DNA from: a virus
Lineage: Duplodnaviria > Caudoviricetes
Strand: one strand, 5' to 3'
DNA length: 64,000 nt
IMG/VR virus record: IMGVR_UViG_2643221950_000002
Span: 56,138-120,137 of that record
Position numbers and translations under genes: made by a program. The notes under the pieces are model-generated. The model was not told where the DNA came from, searched no databases, and was given only the letters and a program-made list of their open reading frames with translations. Positions 1-9,191 of the stretch are shown here, piece after piece; the stretch's first letter is position 1; every line of letters begins with the position of its first letter.

Positions 1-88
1 TATCCGAATAGCCCGCTATCTTAGCTAGTTTCATAGCCAAAGAAGAATCATCTTCACATTTATTTTTTATGTATGTTTTAAGATTCAT
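1..88 (-). CDS. aimR: Arbitrium receptor AimR, 5' end only (runs off the window)
   Basis: Not in the ORF track. Translates MNLKTYIKNKCEDDSSLAMKLAKIAGYSD, close to the phi3T AimR N-terminus as recalled (IKNECEKDNQLAARLAKLAGY). GGGAGTGGGG RBS upstream; syntenic position. Confidence 0.85.
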   Translation of the reverse strand, partial: MNLKTYIKNKCEDDSSLAMKLAKIAGYSD

Positions 89-109
89 ATGACCCCACTC
101 CCTACAATA

Positions 110-138
110 AATTTACTATAATTTCAATTCATTGTCAA
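110..138 (-). promoter_or_regulatory. SigA promoter for aimR
   Basis: TTGACA-17bp-TAAATT on minus strand, with an AAATAACA motif just upstream. Confidence 0.6.
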
Positions 139-239
139 CTAAATATTTGTTATTTGTTGTTTATTATAAGGAGTTTAATTTTGTTTGATCATATACTATA
201 ATAAACACTTGAATACTGTATCTAAGGAGAAATTAAATC

Positions 240-404
240 ATGTTGAAAGAAATTGATCTTGATAAGATTTACGACATACGAGAATATCCTGATAAACATA
301 GTGGCCGCTGCGATAATTGCGACACAGCACAATTCAAGTCTACAATTTCCAAAGGAGAATTTATTCGTCAATGTGCCAAATGTGGAATGAAAAAGAGGGT
401 TTAA
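240..404 (+). CDS. 54-aa zinc-ribbon protein
   Basis: Not in the track. AAGGAG RBS; MLKEIDLDKIYDIREYPDKHSGRCDNCDTAQFKSTISKGEFIRQCAKCGMKKRV with CxxC...CxxC. Confidence 0.7.
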   Translation: MLKEIDLDKIYDIREYPDKHSGRCDNCDTAQFKSTISKGEFIRQCAKCGMKKRV

Positions 405-562
405 TCCCTCCTCCACTCTTATCCTCCTGGACGAATATCAGCCATTAACTCACCTCCCCCTATTAGCCTCCTACTTTAATTGCTTCAATAATCATTTTCA
501 ACCACCTTCTAAATGAAATACTTCTTTTATTACAAATCCAACTTATCAAATTAGATTAAGCA

Positions 563-1192
563 TTACTCTTTTACATTCTCTCCTGACCGCTCATCAAGAC
601 TATCATAATATGCATCTTTAACCATTGCTTCAACATCTGGCTCATCAAATAAGTCATCATTATGCAACTCAAACCTTGCTTCACCGACCATATCTGCCAA
701 GTTAGGAATATGTTTTGAAAAATATTCAATTGATAGCTCATAACAATTTATTAATTGGATGTATACTTTTACTGCTTCTTCCATACTCAAATTAATTTCA
801 TAATGCATAATTTCATTTCTCTTTTTGTTTAGATATGTCATTGCCTCTTTTAATTTTGGGGGCACTTCTATATCGCAAAGAAGTTCAAGTCTCCTAATCG
901 CTTCAGAAAAACCAACAGTTTGTATATTGGGGGAGACTTCAAAAATGCTATTTTTCTTTTGTTTAATCATTTCTTCTTTTGCTTTCATATATGAAGTAAG
1001 GTCTTTGAAGACTAGATATTCGTTCTTACTTTTTAATAAATATTTAAAAAGCAATTCAGCAGCATGATTTATGGATAGTATTGCATCTTTAATTCTATGA
1101 TCGTGTCCCTCAGTCAATTCCATCATTACCTGAATTGAACTATGCGTTGCGTTAAGGGAATCTACAGCATTATCTAATAATGTAAATTTCAT
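563..1192 (-). CDS. HEPN-like protein
   Basis: 209 aa, helical; N-terminal AAELLFK helix and RNEIMH (R-x4-H) motif. Confidence 0.55.
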   Translation of the reverse strand: MKFTLLDNAVDSLNATHSSIQVMMELTEGHDHRIKDAILSINHAAELLFKYLLKSKNEYLVFKDLTSYMKAKEEMIKQKKNSIFEVSPNIQTVGFSEAIRRLELLCDIEVPPKLKEAMTYLNKKRNEIMHYEINLSMEEAVKVYIQLINCYELSIEYFSKHIPNLADMVGEARFELHNDDLFDEPDVEAMVKDAYYDSLDERSGENVKE

Positions 1193-1222
1193 TTGATCTC
1201 GCCTTTCATTAGAAGAATGATT

Positions 1223-1465
1223 TCATTCGAAAAACTTTTGTCTCTCTTTTAATCTTCTATTCTCTTCCTCTAATTCTGCAATGTACTCTTCATACTGTTG
1301 ATTTTGCGCTTGTCTTCCACCAGTTATTTTATTGAAGATAGCATACATGTATACAAACATTACTGGCACGCCCATAATTGGGCCGAATAGGATGAATACC
1401 AGCCAAACTGCAAATCCCCCGCCAAAAATAATCGTATTTAAATTCATCACTACACCCCTTTTCAA
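1223..1465 (-). CDS. Small membrane protein with coiled-coil tail
   Basis: Hydrophobic N-half; real start probably MNLNTII after AAGGGGTG. Confidence 0.65.
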   Translation of the reverse strand: MKRGVVMNLNTIIFGGGFAVWLVFILFGPIMGVPVMFVYMYAIFNKITGGRQAQNQQYEEYIAELEEENRRLKERQKFFE

Positions 1466-1902
1466 TAGGATTATTTTATCATACGGTTAATCAATACTCA
1501 CCATTTTTTCATTTTATTTCCCTTTGCATATGATCTGAATTTCACATTAAGTACTAAATTATGATGTCTTTTATTAACTGCTATTTCAATGAGGGAAGGA
1601 ATCCCACTCTTAGCTCATGTTAAAAACATCATTTTATTTGGCCTGTAATCAATCATAATGCACGTTACAGGATGCAACACGCTTTTAGAATACAGTACCT
1701 TCTTTTATGTACAGTCTCAATAATTTAATTTGTTGTTTAAGTATTCCTCTACGCTGCCATCAAAACCTATATACCCTACTTCAAGTTCATCTAAAATTTG
1801 TTCCTGATCAGCCCAACATTTAAACATATTGTGCATGTTTGGTTTTGAAAGTTCTTTCTTAATTAATTCTCGCATATCATCCACCCCTTACGTATATGTA
1901 AT

Positions 1903-2013
1903 TTATCCAGAATAAATAAATGCACAAAGCAGCATAATGGCCAATAGACTAAATACAGCAATACTGATCAAATCATCCCGCCGTTTTAGTAACCTCTCTT
2001 GGATCGTTTTCAT
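1903..2013 (-). CDS. 36-aa membrane peptide
   Basis: MKTIQERLLKRRDDLISIAVFSLLAIMLLCAFIYSG; ATGA overlap with the upstream ORF. Confidence 0.5.
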   Translation of the reverse strand: MKTIQERLLKRRDDLISIAVFSLLAIMLLCAFIYSG

Positions 2014-2246
2014 TCTTTTCCACTTACAACATCAGTTTCAATTTCATCATATTGATTAAACAAGAACATATACTCAAGATCAAATGCATCTAAAAATTCT
2101 TGTTTTGCGATATGGCCTGTTATAACTGCGCCTTCTAGGGATTGTTTATCAACTTTTGCAAATACACTCCTTGCCGCTCTTTCAGCTACGTCCTCTAAAC
2201 TTTTTCTAATCTCTTCTTTCACTTCAAACATTTTTTTGTAATCCAT
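2010..2246 (-). CDS. Hypothetical phage protein
   Basis: 78-aa ORF with AAGGGG RBS. Confidence 0.65.
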   Translation of the reverse strand: MDYKKMFEVKEEIRKSLEDVAERAARSVFAKVDKQSLEGAVITGHIAKQEFLDAFDLEYMFLFNQYDEIETDVVSGKE

Positions 2247-2468
2247 AATTAACGCCCCTTTTAGTATATGTTATTTATTTGTTTAAAACTCATGTTTTAT
2301 TTAATTTGTAATATACACTTCTCTTGTGTACTACGTACAAAGAAACCTAATTTAATTTTAATCTATTAACAATACACTTAACTTCTAAACTTCGAATACT
2401 TTAACGTATATGTAATTTTTGTGATTATTTAAAAGGAAGTCGTCATAAGACGACTCAGCCTTATAGGT

Positions 2469-3134
2469 TTAAAAATACTTAGATTCTTCTACATCAACCC
2501 ATTCTTTTAAAGCTGGGAGTATCTCTAATATTTGTTCTTTAATTGGTGATAATTCTAAAGAGATTTGGCCACTTACTTCTGTCAGCATCTCATTTAATTC
2601 ATTTAGCTGATCTCTGATGTGTTTAAAGGTTTGCAATTCAGGAACAGAAAAATAATTTGTTATTCTTGAATTAACAAATGTGAATATGCTATCTAATACT
2701 AATTTATTTACAGATTCTAAATTAGAGGAGTAGATAAATGATTCAAACTTCTTTAAAGGTTTCGGTATTTCAACAAAATCAAGTTCTTCATTTGTAAAAC
2801 TTAAGAAGATTTCGCTATCTGTTTGAACAAAAAGTCTATTATCATTATCCATTCTTCTAGAAAAAAATATCGGTTCACCGTGTCCCATTGCTTCAAGAAC
2901 ATTCCCAGGAGCGTTCTTGTCCCTTCTTATGAAACCAATCATAAATCTTTTAAAATTAGGATTATCATTCCACTTTTCTTTGAAATAAGCTTCGAAATTC
3001 TCTATAGGAAAACTTTGCTCTTTACCCAAAACACTTCCAATCTTCATAATAAATCTTTTCATTTTCTCATTCCTTTTCATTTTTATACTAAGACTATAAA
3101 CAAATGTTGATAATATTTCCATTAATTTGCTCAT
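2469..3134 (-). CDS. Hypothetical protein
   Basis: 221-aa ORF followed by the hairpin AGTCGTCATAAGACGACT. Confidence 0.65.
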   Translation of the reverse strand: MSKLMEILSTFVYSLSIKMKRNEKMKRFIMKIGSVLGKEQSFPIENFEAYFKEKWNDNPNFKRFMIGFIRRDKNAPGNVLEAMGHGEPIFFSRRMDNDNRLFVQTDSEIFLSFTNEELDFVEIPKPLKKFESFIYSSNLESVNKLVLDSIFTFVNSRITNYFSVPELQTFKHIRDQLNELNEMLTEVSGQISLELSPIKEQILEILPALKEWVDVEESKYF

Positions 3135-3169
3135 TTCTTATAAAGGATTAAATAAAAGAAACATTTTAT

Positions 3170-3418
3170 TTAACTTTCAATTTTCAATAATTCAATTGCT
3201 CGATCGTATGCAACAACTTGATTTAAATAGATATCAATACTATTATCCATCAGCCCGTCAGCCGAAAATAAATACTTGTCATCTTTCTTTAGCTTAAATT
3301 CAAGATTGTCCAATGTTCTTTTAATAATAATAATCTGTTCTTGCAATCTATTTTTAGCAATCTCTCTTTCTGCTTCAAGCATAACTAAGTTTTTATTTTC
3401 TTTTGTCATATTTTCCAT
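3170..3418 (-). CDS. Hypothetical phage protein
   Basis: 82 aa, AAAGGAG RBS. Confidence 0.7.
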   Translation of the reverse strand: MENMTKENKNLVMLEAEREIAKNRLQEQIIIIKRTLDNLEFKLKKDDKYLFSADGLMDNSIDIYLNQVVAYDRAIELLKIES

Positions 3419-3436
3419 TCTCCTTTCTGTAGAAAA

Positions 3437-3628
3437 TCAACATTTTATATTAATTTTTGCGTGAGGATTGGGTAATTTATTAATATCAATCCATCGACCA
3501 TTTCTTCCTTTCGGATCACTTATATGCGTTAGGTATACTTCTTTATCAGATGATTTAAGGACTACATATGTAAAACTGTTAATCATCACACAGTGCCCTT
3601 TTTCGTATTTAAAATTATTTAAACACAT
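3437..3628 (-). CDS. Hypothetical phage protein
   Basis: 63-aa ORF in a run of co-oriented ORFs. Confidence 0.5.
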   Translation of the reverse strand: MCLNNFKYEKGHCVMINSFTYVVLKSSDKEVYLTHISDPKGRNGRWIDINKLPNPHAKINIKC

Positions 3629-3631
3629 TGG

Positions 3632-3925
3632 TTAAAGTGTTAGACTTAAATCTAATATTCTCTTTTTACGATCATTAAGCTTCTTTATTTCCTCATCTAT
3701 TCTTTTAAACTTCGATTTCATAACCCTTTCAAAATCTCTTTTCTTGTCGTCTCCATCTAGAAGAATTATTTCACGATCACCCTTAGATGTATTGAAATTG
3801 TAAAGACCTCCAACATGTTGATTTTTCATCCATTTTTCATAATCAGATCGATCAACCTCTTCTTTCTCAATTCTTCCATCTTTATAAAGACTTATTTTTA
3901 ACATCACTTCTCCTCTTTCCTGCAT
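3632..3925 (-). CDS. Hypothetical phage protein
   Basis: Likely start MLKISLY after GAGGAG. Confidence 0.65.
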   Translation of the reverse strand: MQERGEVMLKISLYKDGRIEKEEVDRSDYEKWMKNQHVGGLYNFNTSKGDREIILLDGDDKKRDFERVMKSKFKRIDEEIKKLNDRKKRILDLSLTL

Positions 3926-3937
3926 AAAATTAGAATT

Positions 3938-4171
3938 TTATTCGACTATTCCATATGCTTTGTATATTTCTTCTTTCATACTATGCCCTTGCCGCTCTTC
4001 TTCTTCACCAATCTCTTTAAATGTCATTGTGAACTCATCAATAAGTCTAAAATTGATTTCACCGACTCCTTCCTCGTCAATTACATCATACATTTCATTT
4101 ATTGAGTATTTTACCGTTCCTTTTAAACCATCAACATCTGCATCTAAAATTCTTTTAATTACTTGCTCCAT
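3938..4171 (-). CDS. Hypothetical acidic phage protein
   Basis: 77 aa, AAGGGG RBS, directly behind a promoter. Confidence 0.7.
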   Translation of the reverse strand: MEQVIKRILDADVDGLKGTVKYSINEMYDVIDEEGVGEINFRLIDEFTMTFKEIGEEEERQGHSMKEEIYKAYGIVE

Positions 4172-4240
4172 AATTTTTACATCCCCTTTTTTAAAACGCT
4201 AGAATTTTTATCAACCGTTTCCGTTGTATCTTATAACTAT

Positions 4241-4292
4241 ATTATATATGTTATTTGTACTTTAATCAATAAAAAATGTGTGTTATTTGTAC
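4241..4292 (-). promoter_or_regulatory. SigA promoter with tandem AAATAACA operator motifs
   Basis: TTGATT-aaagtacaaataacata-TATAAT with a second CAAATAACAC upstream. Confidence 0.8.
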
Positions 4293-4293
4293 T

Positions 4294-5901
4294 TTAATTT
4301 CCTAGCATTAAAACTTTTGATGTATCTAACATATAATAACCTTTGTTTTTCATTGTCTTGTTATATTCTCTCTCACCTTCGAATTCATTGATAACCGCTC
4401 TTTCCTCTTCGTTCATTTCAGTAAACTCTGTATTACCGTATGATGGTGGCAACCACCCTTTTTTCTGACTTCCGAAAATATTGAACTTTTTTAAAATCTC
4501 ATCATTTTTAAATTCAATATGACATGTCCCTTTTTTGTAAAACGTTAAATAAAAATACTTCAAATCAATTTTTTTCGTTTCTCCATAGTGTTTAGACATT
4601 TTTAGAACTTCATCAATATTAACATCTTCAGTAAGGCCATTGTCTAGGTAGTTAAACACTTTTTCGATATCTTTGAGTTTATCCATAACAGTATAGTAAG
4701 TTGGATCATAATTACCATCCCAAGTACCATAACCATTTAGTGGAATTACAACTTTTTTGTTTATTTTATAAGATTTGTTTGTTTTCCATCCGTTATATAA
4801 GTGAACATTTTTTGATGTTTTATCATAATAGTGTTTATGGCTGAACTCTTCAAACAAATTTAGAATGGTTTCTTCGACTCCTTGAATCATTTCTTTACTC
4901 ATTTGTATTCTTAATGTGTATATGTTGAATAAAGAGAAATCATAATCCTTTAACTCTTCGACATGCTGCAAATATTTTTGCTTTAGATTGCTTGTAAAAA
5001 GACTCATGAATTCAGCATTATTAAACAGTGTATTCCAATACTTTTGCCTTACACTTTTAATAAATTCGTTTTCCATATCTTCTGTATAGTTATTTGCAGA
5101 AGAATCCAATTCTAATTTTAGTATCGGTTTAGAAGTTTCTTTAAAGCTATTTAAGATTAACGGTTTCATGCTATTGTATTCATTTATAAGTTTCAAGCCT
5201 GCTTTAAGCTCATAGTTAAATTGCTCAACAATTCCCCTTATGTAATCAGAATCAATTAATTGAGTTGATTTATAATCATTTTTAAGTATGTGGCTTTCAT
5301 CCTTTTTCAATTCATTTAAAAGAACACTGTTATATTCACCGTTATCAATTTTTATATAAACTAAAGCTGTCTCTACACTTGTCTTTCTTTCAGAACTAAC
5401 AAAGGCATCTTTTATAAATTCGACATCTGCATCAAGCTCGGTCAACTTTCTAACGAGATATTTCCTGTCATTAGAATAAGGGTTATTTAATGTTTCAGCG
5501 TTTAGTAAACAGACTATCTGACCCGTTCTATGTTGTGATTCAATTAAATTAATGGCCTTTAATAAATGCTTTTCCCCATTGCTGAACGGCGGATTCATAA
5601 ATATAAGATCATATTTCTTGTATGTATTAAAAGTTAGAAAATCATCTGAAATAACTCTGAAATCTTTACCTTTTAACAAGTGGCGCAAGTTCTCATCATG
5701 CTCAATAGCATCGATGTCATACTTTGATTCTCTTCTATATATCTTGGTGTAATCAAATTGCTTATGAATTGCTTCCACCAAATTGCCTGAACCCGCTGAA
5801 GGCTCTAAAACTGATTTAATATACTTCCAATCTACCTTTCTATTCATTTTGTTGATTAAACTTGCTGGAGTTGGGTAAAAATCTAGATTCTCTTTAAACA
5901 T
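4294..5901 (-). CDS. SAM-dependent amino (probably N6-adenine) DNA methyltransferase, DUF4942-type C-terminus
   Basis: FYPTP, motif I LEPSAGSG, motif IV NPPF; 535 aa; no cognate endonuclease seen. Confidence 0.85.
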   Translation of the reverse strand: MFKENLDFYPTPASLINKMNRKVDWKYIKSVLEPSAGSGNLVEAIHKQFDYTKIYRRESKYDIDAIEHDENLRHLLKGKDFRVISDDFLTFNTYKKYDLIFMNPPFSNGEKHLLKAINLIESQHRTGQIVCLLNAETLNNPYSNDRKYLVRKLTELDADVEFIKDAFVSSERKTSVETALVYIKIDNGEYNSVLLNELKKDESHILKNDYKSTQLIDSDYIRGIVEQFNYELKAGLKLINEYNSMKPLILNSFKETSKPILKLELDSSANNYTEDMENEFIKSVRQKYWNTLFNNAEFMSLFTSNLKQKYLQHVEELKDYDFSLFNIYTLRIQMSKEMIQGVEETILNLFEEFSHKHYYDKTSKNVHLYNGWKTNKSYKINKKVVIPLNGYGTWDGNYDPTYYTVMDKLKDIEKVFNYLDNGLTEDVNIDEVLKMSKHYGETKKIDLKYFYLTFYKKGTCHIEFKNDEILKKFNIFGSQKKGWLPPSYGNTEFTEMNEEERAVINEFEGEREYNKTMKNKGYYMLDTSKVLMLGN

Positions 5902-5936
5902 ATTTTCTCCTTTTTTAAAGGCACCTTTACAGAACC

Positions 5937-6407
5937 TTATTTAATTTGATTTAAATGGGATACCCCTTCTTCAATACTCATTCTTAAAACAATTCTCACC
6001 ATCTCCTCCTGAAAACCCGTTTCATCTTTTTTAGATGAGAGATTAATAAGATTTTTCATGTCATTTAAATTGAGGTTAGGCAAAATATCTTTGGTGAAGT
6101 GTTCTTTTGCTTTTTCGATATTTTCTTTTTCATTTTTTGCTTCTCTGATTGAGTTTAGACTTACAACATTTGTTTTTTGCACTTCTTCTTGAACATCTTC
6201 GATTTCTTGTTTCGTTAATTCTGATTCGATTGGTTGGGGTGTAGGATCAGTAATAAAGGCTTCGACTAGTTCAGCTTCACCATTTTTGATTAGTTCCAAT
6301 GCTTCTGATTTTTTTATTGGAAAACTTCTCATTTGAGCCCAGCTGTATCTGTAGTATCTGTTACCTTTTTGTTTAATTAACATCATCTTTACCCTCTCCA
6401 GTCTCAC
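5937..6407 (-). CDS. Hypothetical phage protein
   Basis: 156-aa ORF; start probably at MMLIKQ. Confidence 0.7.
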   Translation of the reverse strand: MRLERVKMMLIKQKGNRYYRYSWAQMRSFPIKKSEALELIKNGEAELVEAFITDPTPQPIESELTKQEIEDVQEEVQKTNVVSLNSIREAKNEKENIEKAKEHFTKDILPNLNLNDMKNLINLSSKKDETGFQEEMVRIVLRMSIEEGVSHLNQIK

Positions 6408-6472
6408 TTTTTATTTTTGCAACCCCTGGCCATTATTGACCAGGACGCTCACAGCCTAATGCCTGTTTATAC

Positions 6473-6667
6473 TCACTGTGACGAGTTTAGCGTATCAACA
6501 TGCTGGATATATCCTTTAGCAATCCATGAGCTGTGAGGAGACCACTCAGCGTCACCCTCTCTCATATAAGCTGTATGTACAGGTGTTCCAGCTTTTCTAT
6601 CAGGATGCTTTTCTTCTGTTAATTTAGTCCATACCCAGTTGTTCGGCTTTACTTTTTTCATATCCAA
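6473..6667 (-). CDS. Hypothetical phage protein
   Basis: 64 aa, AAGGGAGAG RBS. Confidence 0.65.
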   Translation of the reverse strand: MDMKKVKPNNWVWTKLTEEKHPDRKAGTPVHTAYMREGDAEWSPHSSWIAKGYIQHVDTLNSSQ

Positions 6668-6710
6668 TCTCTCCCTTTAAAATATTCATTTTATTGAATT
6701 CTATAACTTC

Positions 6711-6908
6711 TTAATAGATGTAATATAAATCACCATTGTTGTCACTAATTGCGAATCGCTTCAATTGAGTATAACTACTTTTTGGAGTGCCTTTTTTTGT
6801 ATATTTTGATTTAAAAAATTCAGGATGTTTCCCTATTTCTTGTTGTGCTTCTTTTAGTGTTGAAAATTCTCCGATTTTCACAAAGTTGTAAGTAGCGAAA
6901 TATCTCAT
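6711..6908 (-). CDS. Hypothetical phage protein
   Basis: 65 aa, TAATG-coupled to the upstream ORF. Confidence 0.65.
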   Translation of the reverse strand: MRYFATYNFVKIGEFSTLKEAQQEIGKHPEFFKSKYTKKGTPKSSYTQLKRFAISDNNGDLYYIY

Positions 6909-7165
6909 TAGTTCTTTACCTCCTCATATGATCCAATTTCATATTTTTTGTTTCCAAAACTCACAAAAACTTGTCCATTTTCTAATTTCATTAATTTGCG
7001 AAGTGTGGTCATTCTTATACCGTTATTAATAGCAGCGAAATATAAACGTCTTCCTCCAGTTTCTTTTAATTTGAGTTTATCGTATTTATATCCTTCACAA
7101 ACTCCACTATGATTCAAAAATGAGGTATGAATTGTTACATTTATCGCCATTATAATTCTCTCCAT
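6908..7165 (-). CDS. Hypothetical phage protein
   Basis: 85-aa ORF behind the promoter at 7211. Confidence 0.65.
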   Translation of the reverse strand: MERIIMAINVTIHTSFLNHSGVCEGYKYDKLKLKETGGRRLYFAAINNGIRMTTLRKLMKLENGQVFVSFGNKKYEIGSYEEVKN

Positions 7166-7210
7166 TCTTTATTTGTTATTTGACTGAATTTTGTTCTTTT
7201 CTATATCCTT

Positions 7211-7260
7211 ATTATATATGTTATTTGTATTTTAATCAATGATTTTTGTGTGTTATTTTT
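7211..7260 (-). promoter_or_regulatory. SigA promoter with tandem AAATAACA operator motifs
   Basis: TTGATT-aaaatacaaataacata-TATAAT; near-identical to 4241-4292. Confidence 0.8.
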
Positions 7261-7474
7261 AATTTTATTGAGTATTTTATTACGTCCTATGAGGGGTTTG
7301 GGGTGGTGTAGGACGAAAGGGCAATTCAACTTGTTGAAGTGACCAAAGTCAGCACCCCAAGGTCTTATTTTCAGTCTATATATTATATATAATTTTAACT
7401 TCTTTTCTTTTACGAGAGATTGCTCAAAACCGTTGTGGCTGTTGAGTTTTTAAAATGATTTATTGCTTTTGTTT

Positions 7475-8707
7475 TCATAGGTCATTTTCTAACCACTCGA
7501 TTAATAGACGTCTCATTCTAAATGATGGGATGTATATATTGATTGATTTGTTATTCCTTATTGCTGATCTCCATATCCATTGAATCATCTCTGATAAAGC
7601 GTAGATGTCTTGATCTATATTTATGTTATTCTGCTTAAAGAAATCATTAATAGCTGGATTAACAAATCTGTTGATTGAATAAACTAATGATTTCTTATGA
7701 CTGTATTCATTAGTAGCTTTAATATTACACGCTAAAAATCCCTTAGTGTATCCTTTGCCGCTCAACTTCCCTTTATGAGATTTAAAGGTTGTCCATAGAT
7801 TCTCGTTTGATTTAGACTTAATGATATTTTGGTAATAGTTTAAGATATTGTTTTTTAAACGCTTATGTAACACCGATCTACTTTCAAACCAATTTTTAGA
7901 CAATGCGTAATAGTCGTCACCTACCTTGTTCAAATCTCCTTCATATATGTTTATCTTATTCTTCAAAGCAGCCTTAACCTTTTGGTCTAGGGATTCATTA
8001 TGTTTAATTAATTTATAATTTTTATTTTCTTTTATGACTGATAACAATTCATATTCAATACAGTGTAAGTCAAAATAATACTTTTGAATCTGAGCATTAA
8101 ACAAATATGTTAATACGTACACCTCGTTAAACTTAGCAAAAACATCGCTAGGGAATTCCCAGAACAAAACAGATTCATTGTGATAGATTAGATTATCACT
8201 TTTGGCCAGCTTCTTTAATGTCTGAAACTCCCCTTTGTATTCCCTATTCAATTTTTCTTCATTCTCAGAGTTCCACAATATCTTTCCGTTGTTGTTAATG
8301 ATCCAGTTGTTTTTAAATAACATATCTAAATCATCTTTAGAAATATTAAATTTCTTAATCACTTCCATTGCTTCATCAAGTACCAAAGTATAATTGCCTG
8401 AGTAAATTAAATCTTTGGTGGTTTGATCAGACATACTAAACAATGCGTGAGTCGCAACTATATCCTTGTTTTCTGAAAGCAGCTTATGAAAAGAATCAAT
8501 CTTATATAATACTTCTCCCTTTTCTGAGTGAACTTTTGGTTCATGAAATTTTCTGTTGCTACATGACTTCTTAATTCTTGATACTTCATCCAGGTATGGA
8601 GTGATAAAAATAAAATGCTTATCTAAAGATGATTCATTCATGTGATCAATCATTAGACTTGTTTTACCGCTGCCCATAATCGAATCAATAATTTTAACTT
8701 TTGACAT
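7475..8707 (-). CDS. yonV: YonV-like SF2 helicase/ATPase
   Basis: 410 aa; Walker A (DSIMGSGKT), Walker B (VLDE), C-terminal QWIWRSAIR; syntenic. Confidence 0.75.
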   Translation of the reverse strand: MSKVKIIDSIMGSGKTSLMIDHMNESSLDKHFIFITPYLDEVSRIKKSCSNRKFHEPKVHSEKGEVLYKIDSFHKLLSENKDIVATHALFSMSDQTTKDLIYSGNYTLVLDEAMEVIKKFNISKDDLDMLFKNNWIINNNGKILWNSENEEKLNREYKGEFQTLKKLAKSDNLIYHNESVLFWEFPSDVFAKFNEVYVLTYLFNAQIQKYYFDLHCIEYELLSVIKENKNYKLIKHNESLDQKVKAALKNKINIYEGDLNKVGDDYYALSKNWFESRSVLHKRLKNNILNYYQNIIKSKSNENLWTTFKSHKGKLSGKGYTKGFLACNIKATNEYSHKKSLVYSINRFVNPAINDFFKQNNINIDQDIYALSEMIQWIWRSAIRNNKSINIYIPSFRMRRLLIEWLENDL

Positions 8708-8755
8708 TCATTCTCCCCTATTCAAAATTATATGTATGGCGAGCTGAGCTACCGC

Positions 8756-8941
8756 TCACCGTTTAAAACCTTTAAATACAAAGTAAGACAACCAAGTGAT
8801 TATAAGGATCAATGTAGAAATAGCGTATGTCCAAATAATAAATGATTGTGTGTTGCTGCTGAATAAGTCTTTAATAAGCCAGAATACAACGAATGTAATA
8901 CCGAATGTAATTAGTGAGTACCATAATTGTTTATGCTGCAT
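8756..8941 (-). CDS. Two-TM small protein in the yoyJ position
   Basis: 61 aa with two hydrophobic helices, directly downstream of yonT; weak RBS. Confidence 0.55.
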   Translation of the reverse strand: MQHKQLWYSLITFGITFVVFWLIKDLFSSNTQSFIIWTYAISTLILIITWLSYFVFKGFKR

Positions 8942-8980
8942 ATATGTTTACAAAGTGCTGCAAGGTGCTATAATATAGAT

Positions 8981-9079
8981 GACAAAGGGAGAAGTATCTC
9001 CCAATGTCTAATGATGTTTAACGGCGTATACGTTTGCGTGTCCTTGACCTAGGTCGCTTATGTGTACGCTTTTTCTTTT
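8981..9079 (+). ncRNA. SR6-like antisense antitoxin RNA
   Basis: TTTACA (8947) and TGcTATAAT (8966-8974) promoter. The ~100 nt transcript overlaps the yonT 3' end and ends in a GCGTATACG...TGTGTACGC stem followed by TTTTTCTTTT. Confidence 0.7.
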
Positions 9080-9191
9080 GGCTTATACTTTTAGTGATAC
9101 TGACAACCTTCTCAATAATCACAAGCATATTGATTAAGACTGTAGTAAGACTGATTAGTAAAGCCATTATTATAGTCACCTTTTCAAGCAC
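9018..9191 (-). CDS. yonT: YonT-family type I toxin
   Basis: Not in the track. AAAGGAGGTG RBS and GTG start; MLEKVTIIMALLISLTTVLINMLVIIEKVVSITKSISQKKKRTHKRPRSRTRKRIRR (TM helix plus basic tail). Confidence 0.88.
   Translation of the reverse strand: MLEKVTIIMALLISLTTVLINMLVIIEKVVSITKSISQKKKRTHKRPRSRTRKRIRR

Noticed and set aside
222-416. Minus-strand 64-aa ORF
   Set aside because: Shadow of the plus-strand zinc-ribbon ORF 240..404, which has an RBS and motif.
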